Source: Flavobacteriales bacterium
GTDB lineage: Bacteria > Bacteroidota > Bacteroidia > Flavobacteriales_F > PHOS-HE28
Reading direction: 5' to 3'
DNA length: 35,070 nt
NCBI GenBank assembly: GCA_034002325.1
Contig: JAVFAQ010000001.1
Span: forward strand, 1 to 35,070
Position numbers and translations under genes: made by a program
The notes under the pieces: generated by a model
Told to the model about the DNA's origin: nothing
The model's input: only the letters and a program-made list of their open reading frames with translations
Database searches by the model: none
Shown: piece after piece, positions 26,879 through 35,070 of the stretch
How the letters are laid out: each line of letters begins with the position of its first letter
Numbering within the stretch: position 1 is the stretch's first letter

Positions 26879-27832
26879 ATGACCCACGTCCCGAAGAAGA
26901 TCCTCGTCATCGGCTCCAGCGGCCAGATCGGCACCGAGCTCGTGGAGGGCCTGCGTGCCCGCTTCGGCGGGGCGCACGTGGTGGCGGCGGACATCCGTGA
27001 GCCGCAGGCCCCCGCCGCGATCGACGGGCCCTTCACCGTGCTCGACGCGCTGGACCGCCCCGGCATCGAGCGGGTGGTGGCCGAGCACGGCATCACCGAC
27101 GTGTACCTGCTGGCGGCCCTGCTGAGCGCCACGGCGGAAAAGGACCCCGCCTTCGCTTGGAAGCTCAACATGGACAGCCTGTTCATCGTGCTGGAGCTGG
27201 CGCGTGAAGGGAAGGTGCGGCAGGTGTACTGGCCCAGCAGCATCGCCGCGTTCGGCCCCACCACGCCGAAGGACGCCACCCCGCAGCACACCATCACCGA
27301 GCCCACCACCGTGTACGGCATCAGCAAATTGGCCGGCGAAGGCTGGTGCAATTACTACCACGCACGCTACGGCGTGGACGTGCGCAGCATCCGCTATCCG
27401 GGCCTCATCGGCTGGAAGAGCGCACCGGGCGGCGGCACCACGGACTATGCCGTACACATCTTCCACGAGGCGCTGAGGCAGGGCCGCTACAACTGCTTCC
27501 TGGGCCGGGGCAGCACCCTGCCCATGATGTACATGCCCGACGCCATCCGCGCCACCATCGAGCTGATGGAGGCCCCCGCCGACCGGCTCACCGTGCGCAC
27601 CAGCTACAACCTGGCCGGCTTCAGCTTCAGCCCGGACGAGATCGCCGCCGAGGTGCGCCGCCATGTGCCCGGCTTCGACATGGCCTACACGCCCGATGAG
27701 CGCCAGGCCTACGCCGATTCATGGCCGAACAGCATCGACGACAGTGCCGCCCGCACGGATTGGGGCTGGCGGCCACGCTATGACCTCCCGGCCATGGTGG
27801 ACGACATGTTCGCCCACCTGCGCCACGGCTGA
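26879..27832 (+). CDS. tdh: NAD-dependent L-threonine 3-dehydrogenase (SDR/UDP-galactose-4-epimerase-like type)
   Basis: GSSGQIGTEL Rossmann motif, YGISK catalytic YxxxK, 317 aa. Overall resemblance to short-chain-type TDH. Confidence 0.8.
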   Translation: MTHVPKKILVIGSSGQIGTELVEGLRARFGGAHVVAADIREPQAPAAIDGPFTVLDALDRPGIERVVAEHGITDVYLLAALLSATAEKDPAFAWKLNMDSLFIVLELAREGKVRQVYWPSSIAAFGPTTPKDATPQHTITEPTTVYGISKLAGEGWCNYYHARYGVDVRSIRYPGLIGWKSAPGGGTTDYAVHIFHEALRQGRYNCFLGRGSTLPMMYMPDAIRATIELMEAPADRLTVRTSYNLAGFSFSPDEIAAEVRRHVPGFDMAYTPDERQAYADSWPNSIDDSAARTDWGWRPRYDLPAMVDDMFAHLRHG

Positions 27833-27843
27833 GCGCCCGGCCG

Positions 27844-28923
27844 CTACGGTGCGCCGAACGCCGGGTCGGTGAGGAAGTCCTGGTCGGTGAGGGCCTTGAG
27901 GAAGGCCACGATGTCCGCCCGGTCCTGCGCGTCCAGGTCGATGGTGCCGCCCACCCAGGGCATCATGTGGGCGTCCAGGCCGGGCATGCCGGTCTGCACG
28001 CCGATCGCGTAGAAGGTCAGCACGTCCTCCAAAGTGGCCAGGCGCCCGTTGTGCATGTAGGGCGGGGTCACTTCGATGTTGCGCAGGGTGGTGACCTTGA
28101 AGCGCCAGTTGTCCGGCGGAAGGCCCGTCACCTCGCCCAGCCCCTGGTCCAGCGGATCGGGCCCCAGGCCGTTGTTGCGGATGCCGAAGTCGTGGAAGAA
28201 GGGCGCCGGATGGCAATCGCCGCAATGGGCCTCGCCGAAGAACAGGTCCATGCCGCGCCGCTGGGCCTCGGTGAGCGCGGTGCTGTCGCCCAGGTACTGG
28301 TAGCGGTCGAAGGGTGAGTTGAACGAGAGCAGGGTACGCTCGAACTGGGCGATGGCCTGCACCACGCGCATGCTGTCGATGCCCGGCGAGCCGAAGGCCC
28401 CCTCGAACAGGGCCGGGTACTCCGGATGGGCGCGCAGGCGGGCCTCCACCACGGGCCAGGTGTTGCGCATCTCCACATGGTCCACCACGGGCCGCAGCGC
28501 CTGGGCCTCCAATGAGCCCACCCGCCCGTCCCAGAAGAACAGCTGGTCCCACGCCATGTTCACGATGGCCATGGCGTTGCGGCGGCCCAGCGAGCCGTCG
28601 GTGCCCACGGAGAACTTGGCCGTGTCGCTGAAGGCGGACTCCTGGCGGTGGCAGGTGGCGCACGACATGGAGAAGTCGTCCGAGAGCGCCGTCTCATGGA
28701 ACAACCGCCGGCCCAGGGCCACGCCTTCCACGGTGAGCGGGTTGTCCGCCGGCATCTGCAGCGGATGCACCGGGTGCTCGGCCCATGGGGGGACCTGCAA
28801 TTGGAACGGCGTGGGGCCGGGGGCGCCCGGTGCGGCCAGGCCGGGATCGCGGCGGCAGGCCACCAGCAGCAACAGCAAGGTGCCGGCGATCGGCAGCAGG
28901 TGGCGGGCGATCGTCCGGAGCAT
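27844..28923 (-). CDS. Di-heme cytochrome c peroxidase (CCP/MauG family)
   Basis: Signal peptide, two CxxCH motifs (CATCH, CGDCH), conserved PPYMHNG motif. Confidence 0.9.
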   Translation of the reverse strand: MLRTIARHLLPIAGTLLLLLVACRRDPGLAAPGAPGPTPFQLQVPPWAEHPVHPLQMPADNPLTVEGVALGRRLFHETALSDDFSMSCATCHRQESAFSDTAKFSVGTDGSLGRRNAMAIVNMAWDQLFFWDGRVGSLEAQALRPVVDHVEMRNTWPVVEARLRAHPEYPALFEGAFGSPGIDSMRVVQAIAQFERTLLSFNSPFDRYQYLGDSTALTEAQRRGMDLFFGEAHCGDCHPAPFFHDFGIRNNGLGPDPLDQGLGEVTGLPPDNWRFKVTTLRNIEVTPPYMHNGRLATLEDVLTFYAIGVQTGMPGLDAHMMPWVGGTIDLDAQDRADIVAFLKALTDQDFLTDPAFGAP

Positions 28924-28956
28924 GTTGTCGTGATCTCGGTAGGGGGTACGCGGTGA

Positions 28957-29682
28957 TCAGAAGCCCAGGCCCACCTTCACCCCGAGCAGGAAGATGGGCA
29001 CGTGCCGGTCGCGTTGTTCGGTGGCGTAGCTGTACAGGCCGGTGCCCAGGTCGCGCGTCTCGCGCACCACGTCCTCGTGCCGCACGCGGTAGCCCACGCC
29101 GGCGTACAGGTCGTAGGCCCAGTTGCTGGAGCGGCCCAGTTGCTGCAGGCCGAAGAGCAGCCGCAGGTCGTTCCAGGTGCGCGTGTCGCGGTACGCGCGC
29201 CCGGTGAACAGGCCGTTGGCGCCGGTCTCGGTGATGTCCTTCACGTAGGCCAGGTGCGCGAACTCCACCTGCAGGTAGGTGCCCTGCGGCTCCAGGTCGT
29301 CCACTAAGTAATAGCGGAAGCCGCCCCGGTAGGTGGGCTGCGGCACGATGTCCACCCCCGCACCGATATCGTCCGCGTCATCGCTGGTCAGCGCCAGGGC
29401 CAGGTGGTCGCGCATGGTGAAGCCCACGGCCACCTCCACGCTGAGGCGGTGGGTGAGGGCGCGCTCGTAGTACAGGGGCAGCTCGCCGCGCAGCAGCAGC
29501 AGCGGGTTCAGTTTGAACATGTTCTTCACCACGCGGCTGGTGTCGAACTGCTGGGCCATGCGCTCGCGCTCCAGCAGCACGCGCATGCGCCGGCTCTCGG
29601 ACGCGGACTGCGCGCACAGCAGCAGCGGCACGGCCACCAGGGCGGCGAGCGCCAAAAGGCGGGGGGGGACCCGGGCGGGCAT
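28957..29682 (-). CDS. Putative outer-membrane beta-barrel protein
   Basis: Signal peptide (LLALAALVAVPLLLCAQS), alternating-hydrophobic beta-strand pattern, C-terminal ...GVKVGLGF with terminal Phe. Family not recognised. Confidence 0.6.
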   Translation of the reverse strand: MPARVPPRLLALAALVAVPLLLCAQSASESRRMRVLLERERMAQQFDTSRVVKNMFKLNPLLLLRGELPLYYERALTHRLSVEVAVGFTMRDHLALALTSDDADDIGAGVDIVPQPTYRGGFRYYLVDDLEPQGTYLQVEFAHLAYVKDITETGANGLFTGRAYRDTRTWNDLRLLFGLQQLGRSSNWAYDLYAGVGYRVRHEDVVRETRDLGTGLYSYATEQRDRHVPIFLLGVKVGLGF

Positions 29683-29783
29683 GCCACGAAAGTACTGTGG
29701 CGGGGCGGGCCGGCGGCATGCCCATGGCCGTGCCCTGCGGCGGGGTGCGTGGCCCGCTGCGGCGATCGCCCATCTTTGCCCCG

Positions 29784-30758
29784 ATGCCCACCATCCAGGA
29801 GGTCCAGCGGCCCATCGCGGCGGAGATGAAGGCCTTCGAGGCGCACTTCCGCGAGGCCATGCGCAGCCGCACGGCCCTGCTGGACCGCATCATGCACTAC
29901 ATCGTCAAGCGCAAGGGCAAGCAGATGCGGCCCATGTTCACCCTGCTGAGCGCGCGCATGTTCGGGCCGGTGGGCGAGAGCGCCTTCACCGCCGCGAGCC
30001 TCATCGAGCTGCTGCACACCGCCACCCTGGTGCATGACGACGTGGTGGACGGCAGCCCCCTGCGCCGCGGCTTCTTCAGCGTGAACGCCCTGTGGAAGAA
30101 CAAGATCGCCGTGCTGGTGGGCGACTACCTGCTGAGCCGCGGGCTGCTGATGGCCGTGGACAAGGGCGAGTTCGACCTGTTGCGCATCATGAGCACCGCG
30201 GTGCGCGACATGAGCGAGGGCGAGCTGCTGCAATTGGAGAAGGCGCGCGACCTGAACTTCGACGAGGAGGTGTACTTCGAGATCATCCGCAGCAAGACCG
30301 CCAGCCTGATCGCCGCCTGCTGCGCCAGCGGGGCCACCGCCGCCGGGCGCCCCCCGGAGGAGGTGGGGCGCATGCGCCGCTTCGGTGAGCTCACCGGCAT
30401 CGCCTTCCAGATCAAGGACGACCTGTTCGACTACGGCGCCGGGGCCGATACGGGCAAGCCCACCGGGCTGGACATCCGCGAGAAGAAGCTCACCCTGCCG
30501 CTGATCCACGCCCTGCGCACGGTGCCGGCCGCCGACCGCCGCTGGATGGTGAAGGCCGTGAAGACGCGCAACGACGACGGCCCGACGGTGGAAAAGCTCA
30601 TCGCCATGGTGGTGGAGGCCGGCGGCATCGCCCATGCCCGCGAGCGCATGCTGCACCACCGCGACGAGGCCCTGGCCGTGCTGCGCGCCTTCCCCCGCAA
30701 CGAGGCCCGCGACGCGCTGGAAGGGCTGGTCCACCTCACGGTGGAACGCACCAAGTGA
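29784..30758 (+). CDS. Polyprenyl diphosphate synthase (IspB-like, long-chain)
   Basis: Two Asp-rich motifs (LVHDDVVDGS and QIKDDLFDY). Start placed at ATG 29784, 5 nt after a CATCTTTG box. Confidence 0.85.
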   Translation: MPTIQEVQRPIAAEMKAFEAHFREAMRSRTALLDRIMHYIVKRKGKQMRPMFTLLSARMFGPVGESAFTAASLIELLHTATLVHDDVVDGSPLRRGFFSVNALWKNKIAVLVGDYLLSRGLLMAVDKGEFDLLRIMSTAVRDMSEGELLQLEKARDLNFDEEVYFEIIRSKTASLIAACCASGATAAGRPPEEVGRMRRFGELTGIAFQIKDDLFDYGAGADTGKPTGLDIREKKLTLPLIHALRTVPAADRRWMVKAVKTRNDDGPTVEKLIAMVVEAGGIAHARERMLHHRDEALAVLRAFPRNEARDALEGLVHLTVERTK

Positions 30759-30772
30759 TCGATCTTTGGGGC

Positions 30773-31225
30773 ATGGAACACCGATCCCTCATCCTGGCCG
30801 CCGCGCTGCTGCCCGTGCTGCTGGCCTGCGGCCCCCGGGCCGGCACGGACCCCGCCCTGCCTACCGGACAGGCAGGCGCGCCGGCCCCGCCACAGGCCGA
30901 CACCACCCCGCCCCCGGCCGACGGCATCCAGGAGATCACCTACCCCGATGGCCGCGTGCGCATGCGCGGACCCCTGGTGGACGGCCGGCGCCATGGCCTG
31001 TGGACCGCCTATTTCCCCGATGGCACCGTGCAGAGCCGGGGCATGTACCGCAACGGCCTGCGCCACGGCACCGCGGAGGTCTTCCACCCGGGCGGCATGC
31101 CATACTACACCGGCCAATACCACCAGGACAACCCCAGCGGCGAATGGTTGTTCCATGACACCACCGGCGCCCTGCTCCGGACCGTGGTCCACGACACCCT
31201 GGGCCGTATCATCGAGCAACGTTGA
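30773..31225 (+). CDS. MORN-variant repeat (YwqK-like) lipoprotein
   Basis: Lipobox LLPVLLAC. Repeats of the G-x-x-x-G-x-W-x-x-Y/F type (RRHGLWTAYFPDG, LRHGTAEVFHPGG, NPSGEWLFHD). ATG 30773 is preceded by GATCTTTG at a 4-nt spacing. Confidence 0.7.
   Translation: MEHRSLILAAALLPVLLACGPRAGTDPALPTGQAGAPAPPQADTTPPPADGIQEITYPDGRVRMRGPLVDGRRHGLWTAYFPDGTVQSRGMYRNGLRHGTAEVFHPGGMPYYTGQYHQDNPSGEWLFHDTTGALLRTVVHDTLGRIIEQR
30851..30877. repeat. 27-nt hairpin element CCCGCCCTGCCTACCGGACAGGCAGGC inside the lipoprotein linker
   Basis: 26/27 identical to 32625-32651, same strand. Stem CCTGCCT/AGGCAGG. Translated as PALPTGQAG. Confidence 0.8.
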
Positions 31226-31265
31226 ACCCCGCCGGCAACGCCCCACGGACCCCGCGCACCGCACC

Positions 31266-33233
31266 ATGATCAGCCCCCGCACCATCCAGCAGGTGAAGGA
31301 CGCCATGCGCGTGGACGACGTGGTGGGCGAGTTCGTGGCCCTCAAGCGGAAGGGGCCGCGCTTCCTGGGCCTGTGCCCCTTCCACAACGAGAAGACGCCA
31401 TCGTTCAACGTGAGCCCGCAGCTGGGCATCTTCAAATGCTTCGGCTGCGGCGAGGCCGGCGACGCGATCGCCTTCCTGCGCAAGCACGAGCACCTCAGCT
31501 ACGTGGAGGCCGTGCGCTGGCTGGCCAAGCGCTACCACATCGAGGTGGAGGAGGAGGAGACCAGCGTGGAGCACCAACAGGAGCAGAGCGAGCGCGAGGC
31601 CCTGGCCGTGATCCAGCAGTGGGCCATGGAGTGGAGCGGGAAGCAGCTGTGGGAGAGCGACGAGGGCCGGCGCATCGGGCTGGCCTACTTCCGCGAGCGG
31701 GGCTTCACCGACCAGACCGTCCGCACCTTCAAGCTGGGCTACGTGCCCGAGCACGGCAACGCCTTCGCCCGCGACGCGCTGGCCCACGGCTTCAACCCGG
31801 AGCTGCTGGAGAAGGCCGGGTGGACCAAGCGCCGCGACGATCGCGACGGCACCTCGTGGGATTTCTTCGCCGGGCGCGTGATCTTCCCCATCCTGGGCCT
31901 CAGCGGCCAGCCCATCGCCTTCGGCGCCCGCACGCTCAAGAGCGACAAGAAGCTGCCCAAGTACTTCAACAGCCCGGAGAGCCCGCTGTACGTGAAGAGC
32001 CGGTCGCTCTACGGCATCCATCACGCCAAGAAGGCCATCGTGGAGCAGGCCCTGTGCTACCTGGTGGAAGGCTACACCGACGTGATCGCCCTGCACCAGG
32101 CCGGCGTACACAACGTGGTGGCCAGCAGCGGCACCAGCCTCACCGAGGACCAGGTGCGCCTGATCAAGCGATACGCCCCCACGGTGGCCATCCTGTACGA
32201 CGGCGACGCGGCCGGCATGAAGGCCAGCCTGCGCGGGATCGACCTGGTGCTCAAGGAGGGCCTCAACGTGAAGGTGGTGACCTTCCCGGCGGGCGAGGAC
32301 CCCGACAGCTTCGCCCGGTCGCGCGGCAGCAGCGCGGTGCAGGCCCATCTGCGCGAGGGGGCGCAGGACTTCCTGGTGTTCAAGACCGAACTGCTCACCA
32401 CCGGCACGGAGAACGACCCCGTGCAGCGCGCGGCCGCCATCCATGAGATCGTGGAGAGCCTGGCCCTGGTGCCCGACCTGGTGCTGCGCGCCCTGTACGT
32501 GCAGCAGTGCAGCCGGCTGCTGAACGTGAACGAGCAGGCCTTGATCAGCGAGGTGAACAAGGTGCTGCGCAAGCAGTACCGCAAGCACACCGGCGGCGAG
32601 GAGCTCCCGGAAGGGCCGCCCGCCCCCGCCCTGCGTACCGGACAGGCAGGCTTGCAGCCCGCGCCCCAGGAGGCGGGCGGCACCGAGGTGCAGGAGCACG
32701 ACCTGCTGCGCATGCTGCTGCGCTACGGGCAGGAGCGCGTGATGGTGCCGGTGAAGAAGGAGGACGACAGCGTGGTGGAGGAGGAGGCCACCCTGGCCGA
32801 AGTGCTCTTCGAGCTGCTGGCCAGCGACCAGACCGAGTTCACCGAGCCGCTGCTGCGCGAGATCTACCTCGACTACCGCTTCCGGCACAACCTGGGCGAG
32901 CCCGTGAGCGCGGCCCTGTACGTGGGCCATGAGAACGAGGCATGGCGCCGCACGGCCATCGACCTGCTCACCGACAAGCACGAGCTGAGCCCCAATTGGG
33001 AGGCGCGGCACCGCATACCCGTGAAGCACGAGCGCGAACACCTCTTCGACGCCCTTTCCGAGGCGGTGGACCTGCTGAAGGAACGGCGCGTGGACCGCCT
33101 GATCCGCGAGCAGCAGCAACTGCTCCGGCAGGACGACGAGGACGTGACGACGGGCGCCCTGAAGGAGATCAAGCGGCTGTCCCTGATCAAGCAGATGTTC
33201 GCCCGGCGCACCGGCCGGGTGATCGTGGGATGA
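31266..33233 (+). CDS. dnaG: DNA primase
   Basis: Zinc ribbon CPFHNEKTPSFNV...CFGCG, TOPRIM YLVEGYTDVIALHQAG ... LYDGDAAG, 655 aa. Confidence 0.93.
   Translation: MISPRTIQQVKDAMRVDDVVGEFVALKRKGPRFLGLCPFHNEKTPSFNVSPQLGIFKCFGCGEAGDAIAFLRKHEHLSYVEAVRWLAKRYHIEVEEEETSVEHQQEQSEREALAVIQQWAMEWSGKQLWESDEGRRIGLAYFRERGFTDQTVRTFKLGYVPEHGNAFARDALAHGFNPELLEKAGWTKRRDDRDGTSWDFFAGRVIFPILGLSGQPIAFGARTLKSDKKLPKYFNSPESPLYVKSRSLYGIHHAKKAIVEQALCYLVEGYTDVIALHQAGVHNVVASSGTSLTEDQVRLIKRYAPTVAILYDGDAAGMKASLRGIDLVLKEGLNVKVVTFPAGEDPDSFARSRGSSAVQAHLREGAQDFLVFKTELLTTGTENDPVQRAAAIHEIVESLALVPDLVLRALYVQQCSRLLNVNEQALISEVNKVLRKQYRKHTGGEELPEGPPAPALRTGQAGLQPAPQEAGGTEVQEHDLLRMLLRYGQERVMVPVKKEDDSVVEEEATLAEVLFELLASDQTEFTEPLLREIYLDYRFRHNLGEPVSAALYVGHENEAWRRTAIDLLTDKHELSPNWEARHRIPVKHEREHLFDALSEAVDLLKERRVDRLIREQQQLLRQDDEDVTTGALKEIKRLSLIKQMFARRTGRVIVG
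32625..32651. repeat. 27-nt hairpin element CCCGCCCTGCGTACCGGACAGGCAGGC inside the dnaG linker
   Basis: See 30851-30877. Translated as PALRTGQAG in the low-complexity linker between the TOPRIM and C-terminal domains. Confidence 0.8.
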
Positions 33234-33414
33234 GCGCCGCGCCGCCCCCCGCGCCGCTTCCGCCGGCCGCACCCCCCCATTGCGCGGATGGCGGCGCAAG
33301 GTCCCATCTTTGCACCCGATCTCCCCTGGCCCACGTACAAGCGCCGGCCTGTCCGTTCCCCTGTACACCGATCGCACCATGCTCCGCGGCGAGCATCAAC
33401 AACAACCCGCACCG

Positions 33415-34704
33415 ATGTCAACGACGACCACGCCCGCAGCGGCGCAGAAACATGGCATGTATGAAGTGGTGATGGCCCAGTTCGACCGGGCGGCCGACAC
33501 CATGCGGCTGGACCCGGGCATCCGCAAGATCCTGGCGAAGACCAACAGCGAGATCGTGGTCCACTTCCCGGTGAAGCTGGACGACGGCACCATCGAGGTG
33601 TTCACCGGCTACCGCGTGCAGCACAACAACGCGCTGGGGCCGTACAAGGGCGGCCTGCGCTACCATGCCACGGTGGACATCGACAGCGCGCGCGCCCTGG
33701 CGATCTGGATGACGTGGAAGACCGCGCTGGCCGGCCTGCCCTACGGCGGTGCCAAGGGCGGCGTGGCGATCAACCCCAAGCTCTATTCGCAGAACGAGCT
33801 GGAGCGCATCACCCGCCGCTTCACCTACGCGCTGGGCGACAACATCGGGCCCGAGCTGGACATCCCCGCGCCCGACGTGAACACCAACCCGCAGATCATG
33901 GCGTGGATCGCCGACACGTACAGCAGCACCAAGTCGCCCGCCACGCGCTTCAGCAACCTGCACGTGGTCACCGGCAAGCCGCTGGGTGCCGGCGGGCTCG
34001 AGGGCCGCGACCGCGCCACGGGCTTCGGCGTGGTGGCCACCGTGAAGGCCTGGGCCCGGCACCGCGGCAAGGACCTCAAGGGCATGCGCTTCATCGTGCA
34101 GGGCTATGGCAACGTGGGCTACTGGACGGCCCACTTCCTCACCGCCGAGGGTGCCGTGCTGGTGGGCGTGCAGGACGCCACCGCCTGCTACCATGAGCCG
34201 GCCGGCATCGACCCCGAGGCGCTGTTCGCCCACAGTACCGCCAACGGCCGCAACATCGCCGGCTTCAGCGGCGCCGGGTCCATCGACCCCGAGGGCTTCT
34301 TCGCCATACCGTGCGAGATCGTGGTGCCCGCCGCACTGGGCAACCAGATCACCGCGGCCAACGCCGGGGGCATCAAGGCCCTGCTGGTGGCCGAGGGCGC
34401 CAACGGGCCCACGGACACCGCGGGCGAGGCCATCCTGCGCCAGAACGGCGTGGACATCATCCCGGACATCCTGTGCAACAGCGGCGGGGTCATCGGCAGC
34501 TATTACGAATGGCTGCAGAACAAGCGCAGCGAGCTGTGGAAGATCGAGGACGTGCTGGGCATGATCCAGGACAAGGTCGGCACCGCCTTCGACCTGGTGG
34601 TGGGCACGGCCGAGGAGTTCGGTACGGATTGGCGCACAAGCGCATACATTGCGGCCCTCCGCCGTTTGGAGAAGACCTATATGGAGCGGGGGATCTTCCC
34701 GTAG
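33415..34704 (+). CDS. gdhA: Glutamate dehydrogenase (Glu/Leu/Phe/Val dehydrogenase family)
   Basis: PYKGGLRYH catalytic-Lys motif, GYGNVG dinucleotide fold, ~429 aa. An alternative start at 33379 is possible. Confidence 0.88.
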   Translation: MSTTTTPAAAQKHGMYEVVMAQFDRAADTMRLDPGIRKILAKTNSEIVVHFPVKLDDGTIEVFTGYRVQHNNALGPYKGGLRYHATVDIDSARALAIWMTWKTALAGLPYGGAKGGVAINPKLYSQNELERITRRFTYALGDNIGPELDIPAPDVNTNPQIMAWIADTYSSTKSPATRFSNLHVVTGKPLGAGGLEGRDRATGFGVVATVKAWARHRGKDLKGMRFIVQGYGNVGYWTAHFLTAEGAVLVGVQDATACYHEPAGIDPEALFAHSTANGRNIAGFSGAGSIDPEGFFAIPCEIVVPAALGNQITAANAGGIKALLVAEGANGPTDTAGEAILRQNGVDIIPDILCNSGGVIGSYYEWLQNKRSELWKIEDVLGMIQDKVGTAFDLVVGTAEEFGTDWRTSAYIAALRRLEKTYMERGIFP

Positions 34705-34710
34705 GGACAT

Positions 34711-34822
34711 TCACCACAGAGGCACAGAGGACACGGAGAAGAGCCATCACCGCAGGTGACACGAACACGGAAAGCGACGCACGCGCCGCATTCCCTCCGT
34801 GTTCTCCGTGCCTCCGTGGTGA
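34711..34822. repeat. 112-nt structured inverted repeat (CACAGAGG/CCTCCGTG-type arms) downstream of gdh
   Basis: The 28-nt arms TCACCACAGAGGCACAGAGGACACGGAG (34711-34738) and CTCCGTGTTCTCCGTGCCTCCGTGGTGA (34795-34822) are complementary at 25/28. There is an inner small hairpin TCACC-GCA-GGTGA. Confidence 0.75.
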
Positions 34823-34843
34823 GCATGAACCCAATACGCAGGA

Positions 34844-35070
34844 ATGCAGCATCTCGGAGTATTGAAAGAGGGCGAACGCCGCCGGCTGGTGGCCCTGGCC
34901 CCGGCGGGCGTGCAGCGCCTGGGCAAGCAATTGCGCGTGAGCGTGCAGCGCGGCGCGGGCCGTGCGGCGGGCTATTCGGACGAGGCGTACGAGCAGGCGG
35001 GCGCCGAGCTGGTGGAGCACCGCGACGGCATCCTGCGCCATTGCGACATCGTGCTGGGGCACGACTGCCA
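34844..35070 (+). CDS. Alanine dehydrogenase / PntA-like N-terminal domain protein (3' end beyond the window)
   Basis: My own translation from ATG 34844 gives MQHLGVLKEGERRRLVALAPAGVQRLGKQLRVSVQRGAGRAAGYSDEAYEQAGAELV..., which fits the AlaDH/PNT N-terminal pattern (E-x-R-V-A-x-x-P ... V-x-V-x-x-G-A-G ... F/Y-S-D-x-x-Y). It is open to the end of the window. Confidence 0.55.
   Translation, partial: MQHLGVLKEGERRRLVALAPAGVQRLGKQLRVSVQRGAGRAAGYSDEAYEQAGAELVEHRDGILRHCDIVLGHDC

Noticed and set aside
26765-27664. Upstream 300 codons of the 689-aa ORF containing trhO
   Set aside because: This part is antisense to the well-supported tdh gene. TrhO similarity begins at MDPHRL (ATG 26764), which has a TACCTTCG box 4 nt upstream.
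33280-33414. Upstream extension of the gdh ORF (start at 33280 or 33379)
   Set aside because: The extension has no GDH similarity and overlaps a CATCTTTG promoter-like box at 33305-33312. ATG 33415 gives an N-terminus of normal length, although 33379 cannot be excluded.

Overview
High-GC (roughly two-thirds G+C by eye) chromosomal segment from a member of the Bacteroidota. The phylum call rests on T9SS C-terminal sorting domains, a b558-type three-gene succinate dehydrogenase/fumarate reductase operon, TAnnTTTG-type -7 promoter boxes and the absence of Shine-Dalgarno sequences. Most of the window is housekeeping or metabolic: an AsmA-family protein (5' partial), a sensor kinase, hemW, a cyclase-family protein, sdhCAB, a class-III aminotransferase / C-N hydrolase / VOC / GltB-like / large Orn-Lys-Arg decarboxylase cluster, hppD, hmgA, trhO, tdh, cytochrome c peroxidase, ispB-like polyprenyl synthase, dnaG, gdh and the start of a PntA/Ald-like gene. 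The accessory part is a 3.8-kb islet that splits the normally adjacent hmgA-hppD tyrosine-catabolism pair. It carries an NTase(MntA-like)-DUF2281-PIN(VapC) string in which the PIN gene is frameshifted by a 23-nt hairpin-containing insertion. It also carries an orphan copy of the hmgA 3' end, an AbiE-like wHTH + nucleotidyltransferase pair with its own promoter, and a low-GC lipoprotein gene. A ~327-bp direct repeat (hmgA 3' end plus REP-rich flank) brackets the last three genes as a 2.3-kb cassette, and no integrase or transposase is visible. Several families of short GC-rich palindromic (REP/MITE-like) elements are dispersed through the window. Two of these families sit in frame inside coding sequences (trhO; dnaG and a MORN lipoprotein). 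A second lower-GC patch (2248-4493) encodes two tandem T9SS-CTD proteins. No rRNA, tRNA, CRISPR array or transposase was recognised. The many long ORFs antisense to, or out of frame with, the recognisable genes are high-GC artefacts.
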